Source of the DNA: an uncultured Bacteroidaceae bacterium
GTDB taxonomy: Bacteria > Bacteroidota > Bacteroidia > Bacteroidales > JAADGE01
Direction of reading: 5' to 3'
DNA length: 64,000 bases
NCBI GenBank assembly: GCA_964472505.1
Contig: CAYYQW010000011.1
Location: 938-64,937, forward strand
Shown: piece by piece, positions 10,535 to 17,856 of the stretch
Layout of the letters: each line of letters opens with the position of its first letter
How positions within the stretch are numbered: position 1 is the stretch's first letter
Notes under the pieces: generated by a model
What the model was told of the DNA's origin: nothing
The model's database searches: none
Seen by the model: only the letters and a program-made list of their open reading frames with translations
Made by a program: the position numbers and the translations under genes

Positions 10535-10538
10535 TTTT

Positions 10539-13500
10539 CTATCGGCTAAGATATATGAATCCTTTTACGGGTTTGGAATCGTCTCCGAGTTCTATGATGT
10601 AGAAGTATGTACCGGCCGGTAATTCGCTTCCGCCTACCGAAACGCCGAACATATTAGTTCCGTCCCAGTCGTTAAGGTAAGGTGAGGCTTCATATACTTT
10701 GTTACCCCAGCGGTTCATAATAATCACATGGTTTTCGGGATAAGCATCCAAACCGGGTATTTCAAATCGGTCGTTAAATCCGTCATTGTTGGGCGAGAAG
10801 CCTTCGGGAACGGTGACGGTACGATTAAGTGTGATAATCTCTTTATCGGAATTATTGAATGAGTCCGGGTCAAAGCTCTCACTTTCTACGCTTGCGGTGT
10901 TTTCATACTCACCTTGCGCTTCAACTCTCACAGTCATTACTAAATTTTCCGAATCTCCGTTTTCCAAGATATTTATCATCCATTCAGGCTCATTCCATTC
11001 GCCTTCAGATACTACCGTATTAACTAAGCTGTAACCGTCAGGAAGAATATCCGTAACAATCACATTTTCGGCTGCATCCGGCCCATTGTTAGTTACAATA
11101 ATCGTAAATTGAATTTCATCCCCGGCGACCGGTTTATTATTATCAACTGTTTTGCTTAGCGATAAATCGCTTTCAGGATCTTCATTCCCGGGTGTTACCG
11201 CGGCATCGTCTTCATCGTTGCTCGATGTGGGGTCGTTTTCGTTTGCCGAAGCGGTGGCGGTATTGGTATAATCGCCGTTTGCATTAACCGTGGCGGTGAT
11301 TTCCAAACTTGCGTTTGCTCCGTTGGCAAGATTGCCGACAGTCCAAACTCCGGTTCCGGAATCATACGTACCGCTGCTGTTGTCGGATACATAAGTATAT
11401 CCGCTCGGGAGCTGATCGGTAACAGCTGTGCCGGTGGCATCGCTCGGGCCGTTATTGGTAACGGAAATTGTAAATATTACATTATCGTCCACATTGGCCG
11501 TTGCGTTATCGACTGTTTTTGTAAGTGATAAATCAGATACTGCGCCGGGTGTTACCGTGGCATCGTCTTCATCGTTGCTCGATGTGGGGTCGTTTTCGTT
11601 TGCCGAGGCAGTGGCGGTATTGGTATAATCGCCGCTTGCATTTACCGTGGCGGTGATTTCCAAACTTGCGTTTGCTCCGTTGGCAAGATTGCCGATTGTC
11701 CAAACTCCGGTTCCGGAATCATACGATCCGCCGCTGTTGTCGGATACATAAGTATAACCGCTCGGGAGCTGATCGCTGACAGCTACGCCGGTGGCATCGC
11801 TCGGGCCGTTATTGGTAACGGTGATTGTGAAAGTTACATCTTCGCCCACATTGGCCGTTGCGTTATCGACTGTTTTTGAGATAACTAAATCGGCGCTTAG
11901 TACGGGTATTACCGTAATTGTTACCGTTGCAATATCGCAGTCGCCGTCCGTATCACAGACTTGGTAGGTAAATTCATCCGTACCGTTGAAGTTGGGATTG
12001 GGAACGTAGGTGTAAGTGCCGTCCGTATTCAAAGTTAAAGTTCCGTTGGAAACATCGGTGTCTAATGTTACGGTGATTCCGCCGTCTCCCAAACCGGTAT
12101 CGTTATCGAGAACGGTGGTTCCGTTAAGGGTGCCGTTTTCATCTACGCTGTCGGTATCATCGTTGGCAACAGGTAAATCGTTTACCGGATTTACGGTGAT
12201 GGTTACCGTTGCAATATCGCAGTCGCCGTCCGTATCACAAACTTGGTAGGTAAATTGGTCTGTTCCGTTGAAATCGGCATCGGGAACGTAGGTGTATGTG
12301 CCATCCGGATTCAAAGTTAAAGTTCCGTTGGAAACATCGCTGTCTAAACTTACGGTGATGCCGCCGTCTCCCAGACCGGTATCGTTATCAAGAACGGTGG
12401 TTCCGTTAAGGGTGCCGTCTTCATCTACGCTGCCGGTATCATCGTTGGCTATGGGTGCATCGTTCACCGGATTAACGGTAATGCTCACTGTAACCGTGTT
12501 CCCGTCTTCCGTTCCGTCATTGACTTTGTAAGTAAAGCTGTCAGAAGTGGTTTCCGAACCATCGTGCGTGTATGAGAATGTACCGTCGGGATTCAGCGTA
12601 AGCGTACCGTTTGAAACATCCGAAACTAAAATGGCTGTAATGGCATCGCCGTCAGCATCTGAATCGTTGTTAAGAACCGAAGTGGTTGAACCGTCGGAAA
12701 GAACCGTTACCGTGGCTCCTTCATCAACAGTTATGGCATCGGCTGCGGCTACGGGTGCATCGTTCACCGCCGTTACATTTATTGTTATTTTATAGGCACT
12801 TGTTGAATACTCAATTGCATCGTGTACCTTAAAATTAAAATAGGTATATGGCGCTCCATTTTCATCAGCATCAGGCTTAAACGTCAGTTGATTGTTATCA
12901 ATTGCAGTTTTCAAAATTTCGTCGTATGGCGATAGAAGTTCTCCTGCATCAATTATTCCGTCTTTGTTTGCATCGTTAAATAATTTTCCTTCGGACGGAG
13001 TGGATGTCAGCAGTATTTTGTCTAATGCATCACCGGCATCAGGGTCTGAGAAATTAAATTCAGCCGATGCAAATATATAATCGGTATCCTCTATGGTTGT
13101 AACGATATTATCTGCAGCTGTTGGTGGTTCATTAACGGGCAATACTCTTATTTCTATTGTGTTGGCAGGCGAGGAGTAAGCAGCACCATCATATACTGTA
13201 AAATCGAATGAGGTATACAGATAATCGATAGCTATATCGCCGGATTCGGTAGCAGTAGGGACAAAAACCAATTTGCCGGCATACAGCTCGTCTTTGGTGA
13301 TTATATCTAATGCCGAAACTTCTTCGGAACCATCGTAAGTGCCATCAAGATTCGCATCTTTATAGAGTTTGCCTTTTGCAGGAATGGATGAAATTTCTAA
13401 TGAATGAAAATTATCGCCGTCGGGATCATTAAATTCAATATCGCTGTCTGTGGAAACATATTTTGTGTCTTGATCTGTTGTAACAGTTTTATCCGCAGAT

Positions 13501-16202
13501 GTCGGCGGGTCATTTACACCGTTCATTGTAATATGGCATAAAGCGGATCCGCTGGTCAGCCCATCATTTTCATCAGTTACTCGAACAGCTATTAAGCGCG
13601 TATCAGTATTTGGCAGATCAGAAGTGTTTTCGTACTGAAAAAGATTTATGGCATTTTGATAATCTGCTTTAGATTGTGTTCCTGTGATATTCACTATTGC
13701 ATCTCCTTGTGATGCCGTTGTCGTAATTCCATAGGAACTTAATGTTGAAGCATCCCAGTATAAGCCTTCATTGCTTTCACCATCCAAAGGGTTAAATATT
13801 TCAATGGTAGCAGATGTTATATTAACTCCATCATCAGTAATTTCTACATCAGTATCCGAAATATTAATTCTCGGACCGTCTTCATTGTAGGTTGTAGCGT
13901 AATCGGTGTAGTGTAACGAACCGGAGTGGCTGCTTTCATCTTTGTCAAGCGTAATTAAAGGAGCCTTCAAAGTGCAGTCTTGGAATATAAACGGCCCAAT
14001 GGTATTATTTGAGTAATCGCACTCGGGATAAGGAGAATTAGGTAAAACCGTTGCAGTTGTTGTGTAACCGCTTCCATCTAAATCATTACCAACATCCAAA
14101 TTATCGTTTATGGTTATGTATATATTTCCATCGAAGCCGTCGCCTTCTGCATCAAGGTCGGTCATTTTGATGTCAAACACGTGGGTTTCTTTGGCATTTA
14201 AAGGAAGAAGATCAACCATAACAATTTCTTGTTTAAGAAACCTTGCTCCCGCTACTGACGGGTCGCCATCGTAAAAAGTTATGGGAACTTCAAAAAGGTC
14301 GGCATGTCCATCACCGTAATTAAAAATATTAAGTACAAAGTCAACTTGATCATTATCTGCGCCATGACATAGGTTGTCGATACTTTTTACTTCAATAGTA
14401 AAATCGGGTGCCGGGAAGAACGGGTTGCCGGCCTTATCAATCCGATACATTTGCGTGAGATAGTTATTCAGGCTCGGAACAATATGATTTTGCTGCATAA
14501 CAGCCGGAACGGTTAAATCATCGTTGATATTAACGTAATTATAGGTACGCTGATTAAAAATGCTTCTTGATGAAATCCACGGCGTTAATCGGTCTCTGTA
14601 AACCCTTAAACCTTCGCTGCAAGTTACTATTATCTGTGCTCTGTTGTTTTTATTAACATCAACAATAATCGGATGCTCACTTCCTGTTCCGCTGCTGCAG
14701 ACGGTTAGATCTGTAATTAAACCATTGGCGGTATTGTAGGCACTATTGGATGTTAACAGAACTTTTTCATTTCCGAGTCCATCACCTGCACTCTCATATA
14801 CCCATAGGTCGGTTTCGTCTCTGTAAACCATTTCAACGGTTCCGTCTCCTTGGAAATCGAAAAAATTGCTGGCGGTTTCTCCCGAACCGTCAGAATTAGA
14901 GAGCCCCCAAACCTGATCAAGTTCACCGGTAGCATCATTAGCTCTCAATACTTCAACATAGCTGCCGGAAACAACGCCAATCTCCGGTCGGTTTTCGGAA
15001 TCACCGTCAACATCACCAATAGCGGCAACTCCTCCTTTGCTGCTGCCGCCCAATACGCGAGTGTCATAAATTGACAGGTTTGTCAACGGATCCCAAACAG
15101 AAATGCGGCCTTGTCCAACTACTACTACATCTAAATTTCCGTCGATATTAATATCGCCCAAAGAGACTTTTTGACCGGCATCACTATCACCACCGGCGCC
15201 ATTTACCCATGGCTCATGAACTCCGGTTGGATCAGCTCCCCAAACATCTTCGACGTTTCCGGTTGCTAAATCGACGGTGTAAACTCTTGTTCCCACAATA
15301 AATTCAACGCCGTCGGCATAAGCAAGTGCCCCTGTTCCCGGATCAAATCCTGTCGGTATCACATCGGCATAAGCGTAGTGGTCTTTCCAGTATATATGGC
15401 TCGCAATATGACCGGGTGCACCTCCGGTTTGAGCAATTAAATCAACCAAAACTGCGCCGGTAGCAATGTTATAAATTTTGGCTGTTTTGTTTCCGGATTG
15501 TTCTCCGTAAAACAATAATTCAGGTGTACCGTCTTCATTGAAATCGGCTATATCCGGACTAAAGCCCCTTCGTGTATGGGCATTCGCAATAGGCCAACTG
15601 CCGTTGGTGTATTCATTCCAGTTTGTCCCGTCAAAATCATAACGATAGATTTTATTATCGCCGGTACCTTCCTTTCCTGTTGCTATAAATATTTCTACAT
15701 AGGGATCCGAATCAACATCTGCTAATGTGACACCGCTGTGGTTATTTGCTAACACTAAGGGGATGAAATATTTCAACTCATCATTTATCGGGTCGAAAAT
15801 AAAAATGCCGTCATCGCCACCGTATGCGCTAACCACAACAATTTCCATATTGCCGTCATTATCCATATCGGCCACTTTGGGTATGGCATATCCATAGGGT
15901 TGATAATCATAAGACGGGCCGGCTCCTTTTACTTGGTAGTTTCCGGCCAAAAATTCATTTGACAACTGCATTCCAAATTCTTTGGAATCGGGTAATATGG
16001 TTCTACAGTAATCTGCATCATAGAAACCACATTTTTCGCTTGCATAACAATCAGGGTCATAGCAATCAATTAACCCGTCACCGTCATTATCTATGCCGTC
16101 ATCGCAGACTTCCTGAGCAACAACGCCTTGCATAAAGAACAATCCAAAAAGTATGGAAAGCACTGTTCTTAATCCTTTTGTGTGGAGTAAATTCGTATTC
16201 AT
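10539..16202 (-). CDS. Giant T9SS-secreted cell-surface adhesin (Cys/Asp-rich Ca-binding motif, FG-GAP/VCBS-type propeller, CARDB-like region, ~94-aa cadherin-like tandem repeats, DUF11 repeats, type B T9SS C-terminal domain)
   Basis: 1887 aa with a signal peptide ending VVAQE. CDDGIDNDGDGLIDCYDPDC motif. Repeated DxDxDG-x-E/D motifs (DMDNDGNMEIVV, DFNEDGTPELLF, DINIDGNLDVVVV, DFQGDGTVEMVY). VNDAP/VNDLP-delimited ~94-aa repeats. Three KTVDN...VTNNGP...LP.GY DUF11-type repeats. C-terminus VPEGFSPNNDGFNDRFEIPGLDAYPENHVIIMNRWGNKVYE...GTYFYIIEL...GFIYLSR matches the gliding-motility-associated/type B CTD. Confidence 0.9.
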   Translation of the reverse strand: MNTNLLHTKGLRTVLSILFGLFFMQGVVAQEVCDDGIDNDGDGLIDCYDPDCYASEKCGFYDADYCRTILPDSKEFGMQLSNEFLAGNYQVKGAGPSYDYQPYGYAIPKVADMDNDGNMEIVVVSAYGGDDGIFIFDPINDELKYFIPLVLANNHSGVTLADVDSDPYVEIFIATGKEGTGDNKIYRYDFDGTNWNEYTNGSWPIANAHTRRGFSPDIADFNEDGTPELLFYGEQSGNKTAKIYNIATGAVLVDLIAQTGGAPGHIASHIYWKDHYAYADVIPTGFDPGTGALAYADGVEFIVGTRVYTVDLATGNVEDVWGADPTGVHEPWVNGAGGDSDAGQKVSLGDINIDGNLDVVVVGQGRISVWDPLTNLSIYDTRVLGGSSKGGVAAIGDVDGDSENRPEIGVVSGSYVEVLRANDATGELDQVWGLSNSDGSGETASNFFDFQGDGTVEMVYRDETDLWVYESAGDGLGNEKVLLTSNSAYNTANGLITDLTVCSSGTGSEHPIIVDVNKNNRAQIIVTCSEGLRVYRDRLTPWISSRSIFNQRTYNYVNINDDLTVPAVMQQNHIVPSLNNYLTQMYRIDKAGNPFFPAPDFTIEVKSIDNLCHGADNDQVDFVLNIFNYGDGHADLFEVPITFYDGDPSVAGARFLKQEIVMVDLLPLNAKETHVFDIKMTDLDAEGDGFDGNIYITINDNLDVGNDLDGSGYTTTATVLPNSPYPECDYSNNTIGPFIFQDCTLKAPLITLDKDESSHSGSLHYTDYATTYNEDGPRINISDTDVEITDDGVNITSATIEIFNPLDGESNEGLYWDASTLSSYGITTTASQGDAIVNITGTQSKADYQNAINLFQYENTSDLPNTDTRLIAVRVTDENDGLTSGSALCHITMNGVNDPPTSADKTVTTDQDTKYVSTDSDIEFNDPDGDNFHSLEISSIPAKGKLYKDANLDGTYDGSEEVSALDIITKDELYAGKLVFVPTATESGDIAIDYLYTSFDFTVYDGAAYSSPANTIEIRVLPVNEPPTAADNIVTTIEDTDYIFASAEFNFSDPDAGDALDKILLTSTPSEGKLFNDANKDGIIDAGELLSPYDEILKTAIDNNQLTFKPDADENGAPYTYFNFKVHDAIEYSTSAYKITINVTAVNDAPVAAADAITVDEGATVTVLSDGSTTSVLNNDSDADGDAITAILVSDVSNGTLTLNPDGTFSYTHDGSETTSDSFTYKVNDGTEDGNTVTVSITVNPVNDAPIANDDTGSVDEDGTLNGTTVLDNDTGLGDGGITVSLDSDVSNGTLTLNPDGTYTYVPDADFNGTDQFTYQVCDTDGDCDIATVTITVNPVNDLPVANDDTDSVDENGTLNGTTVLDNDTGLGDGGITVTLDTDVSNGTLTLNTDGTYTYVPNPNFNGTDEFTYQVCDTDGDCDIATVTITVIPVLSADLVISKTVDNATANVGEDVTFTITVTNNGPSDATGVAVSDQLPSGYTYVSDNSGGSYDSGTGVWTIGNLANGANASLEITATVNASGDYTNTATASANENDPTSSNDEDDATVTPGAVSDLSLTKTVDNATANVDDNVIFTISVTNNGPSDATGTAVTDQLPSGYTYVSDNSSGTYDSGTGVWTVGNLANGANASLEITATVNANGDYTNTATASANENDPTSSNDEDDAAVTPGNEDPESDLSLSKTVDNNKPVAGDEIQFTIIVTNNGPDAAENVIVTDILPDGYSLVNTVVSEGEWNEPEWMINILENGDSENLVMTVRVEAQGEYENTASVESESFDPDSFNNSDKEIITLNRTVTVPEGFSPNNDGFNDRFEIPGLDAYPENHVIIMNRWGNKVYEASPYLNDWDGTNMFGVSVGGSELPAGTYFYIIELGDDSKPVKGFIYLSR
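11191..11904 (-). repeat. Two tandem, near-identical 357-bp (119-aa) DUF11-type repeat units inside the adhesin gene
   Basis: The string ggtgttaccg(c/t)ggcatcgtcttcatcgttgctcgatgtggggtcgttttcgtttgccga... occurs at 11191 and again at 11548, an offset of 357. The protein copies differ at only a handful of residues. Confidence 0.85.
11910..12473 (-). repeat. Two tandem, near-identical 282-bp (94-aa) cadherin-like repeat units inside the adhesin gene
   Basis: NPVNDAPIANDDTGSVDEDGTLNGTTVLDNDTGLGDGGITVSLDSDVSNGTLTLNPDGTYTYVPDADFNGTDQFTYQVCDTDGDCDIATVTITV is followed by NPVNDLPVANDD...IATVTITV. The unit boundaries were mapped to nt 12473/12191/11910. More diverged copies continue upstream to about 13500. 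Confidence 0.85.
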
Positions 16203-16329
16203 ATTATTTATTTTTTGTTTTCTTAACTGTAATTAATTATATTTTTTGCTGCGTTTGATAATCAATAATTAAACGCTTATTAAAACAAGTTGCTGATCAT
16301 TCAAATTTGCGGCTATTTTTCTTAATTTT

Positions 16330-16617
16330 TTATGAAGCCATAACTGCTTATTTCCGGCAGGCATCACAGATGTCTCTGTCGTTGGGTTCGGATGTAATCT
16401 CGGAATATGTGGTGTATCACCTTTAATTCTGTCATTATTATGAACCCGTATGTTCTTTGGCAGATATAACCTTCATGCTTAAGCTCTGAAACAGATGTTT
16501 CGTTCAGTATGCCGTTTCAAAGATAATGCCTTTGGTTTGGGCATTTGCCGAGAAGAAGCTCAGAATGCTGAGGCTAATACTTAAAAGCTTTCTTTTTAAA
16601 AGTAGAAATTATTCCAT
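16330..16617 (-). pseudogene. Remnant of a secreted-protein gene (signal peptide intact, reading frame destroyed)
   Basis: The - strand reads ATG GAA TAA then FLLLKRKLLSISLSILSFFSANAQTKGIIFETAY-TGA. This is a typical Bacteroidota signal peptide with an AQ cleavage site, but there is an in-frame TAA at codon 3 and a TGA at 16504-16506. Open reading continues only in another frame (GILNETSVSELKHEGYICQRTYGF...). Confidence 0.3.
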
Positions 16618-16652
16618 ATAATTATTTTTATTGTTTCGTTTTAATAAGCGAT

Positions 16653-16808
16653 TTATTTTCGATCTTGTTTTAGTTCCAAATTTTTGTTTGAATCTTTATT
16701 TTCACGGATGATATTTTTTCTTTGCTTCACCAAGTCTTTATATATTCTGCGCAAAACTGTATTTTTGTTTATTGCTTGTTGGTTGTCCTGTTTCATCTGC
16801 TCATTCAT
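16653..16808 (-). CDS. Hypothetical 51-aa hydrophilic small ORF (below the ORF-track cutoff)
   Basis: MNEQMKQDNQQAINKNTVLRRIYKDLVKQRKNIIRENKDSNKNLELKQDRK. It is preceded by a TATATTTG -7-like box about 20 nt upstream. There is no homology evidence and it could simply be part of a leader. Confidence 0.2.
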   Translation of the reverse strand: MNEQMKQDNQQAINKNTVLRRIYKDLVKQRKNIIRENKDSNKNLELKQDRK

Positions 16809-16825
16809 AAATAACTCTTTTTTTG

Positions 16826-16833
16826 CAAATATA
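16826..16833 (-). promoter_or_regulatory. Candidate Bacteroidota sigma-A -7 box (TATATTTG); a second CATATTTG lies at 16840-16847
   Basis: Exact match to the TAnnTTTG consensus on the - strand, inside the spacer upstream of the adhesin operon. Confidence 0.3.
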
Positions 16834-16992
16834 CGGATACAAATATGCTTTGTTCCGAAATAGGGGTGTACAAAAGGTAAACAAGTCGGTTTAGTTTTGA
16901 CGAATGGTGCAATATTTGGCTTGAATGGTCAAAAAAGTTAAGATAAAAAGGGAGTACAACTGAAAATGTCCGGTCAGAATGCACATTCTCAA

Positions 16993-17826
16993 TTAGTAGT
17001 TTGAGAGAAAAGATTGCAGATTAGCGTTACTTTCAATCTCAAGTTTTTTTCTGAGTCGTGAGCGTGCCGTTTTTACACTGTCTTTGTTTATGAACATTAC
17101 GGCGGCAATATCTTTTGAGCTAAGGCCCAATTTCAGATAGGCGCAGAGTTTTAGGTCGTTTTGTGTTAATTTGGGATAATCTGCTGTCAGGTTTTTATAA
17201 AAAGAGTCATAAACCGCATTGAAAGATGTTTCAAAATGCTGAAGATCATCAGATTTTATTTTATTCTCAACATCTTGGATAACGTCACCGATGAGTGTTT
17301 GGACTTTTTCGTTTCCCCCGGCATTTAAAGCCCTTTCAAGTTTTTTTGATATTTTTTTATTAAATTCATTGTTTCGGACAATCGCCAAAGTTTTTTCCGT
17401 CAGTTCGCTGTCTTTTTGTTTGATGAGTTGCTGTTGGGTTTCGGACAATCGGATGGAAGAATTGACTCGAGCAATCAACTCGGTTTCATCCACGGGTTTC
17501 GTAATAAAATCGTTGGCTCCGACATCAAGTGCTTTTTTCAGGTGATCGGAAGATGTCATAATACCGCTGGCCATTATCACGGGAATCTCTTTCAGTTTGG
17601 TATTTCTTTTTAAGTCTTCAATAAAGTCAATACCGTTTTTACCGGGCATATCCCAGTCTGTTATAATAAGGTCAGGAGTTACTTTTTTAGCAATGCTTAC
17701 TGCCAAGTCTGCATTATTTGACTGATAGATTACATGTTCTTCAGAGTACTCAGCGAGTATATTCATGATGATTTGGATATTTTGCGGCTCATCATCGAGT
17801 ATAAGTATTTTTGCTTTGTGTATCAT
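16993..17826 (-). CDS. Response regulator with a LuxR/GerE-type C-terminal HTH
   Basis: 277 aa. The REC domain shows KILILDDEP...DLIITDWDMPGKNGIDF...KEIPVIMASG. A coiled linker follows. The C-terminus LTQNDLKLCAYLKLGLSSKDIAAVMFINKDSVKTARSRLRKKL is LuxR-type. Confidence 0.9.
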   Translation of the reverse strand: MIHKAKILILDDEPQNIQIIMNILAEYSEEHVIYQSNNADLAVSIAKKVTPDLIITDWDMPGKNGIDFIEDLKRNTKLKEIPVIMASGIMTSSDHLKKALDVGANDFITKPVDETELIARVNSSIRLSETQQQLIKQKDSELTEKTLAIVRNNEFNKKISKKLERALNAGGNEKVQTLIGDVIQDVENKIKSDDLQHFETSFNAVYDSFYKNLTADYPKLTQNDLKLCAYLKLGLSSKDIAAVMFINKDSVKTARSRLRKKLEIESNANLQSFLSNY

Positions 17827-17856
17827 AAGAGCGGATTATAGTGTGCATTGATTGGC

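Noticed and set aside
11191-12473. Possible diversity-generating retroelement TR/VR pair
   Set aside because: The near-identical copies are both in-frame parts of the same gene and differences are not confined to adenine positions. No reverse transcriptase or accessory gene is in the window.
12016-12795. Three similar 77-82-aa + strand ORFs (…FKVKVPLETS…)
   Set aside because: They are antisense to the adhesin and merely echo its tandem repeats. Their mutual similarity reflects the repeat, not a gene family.
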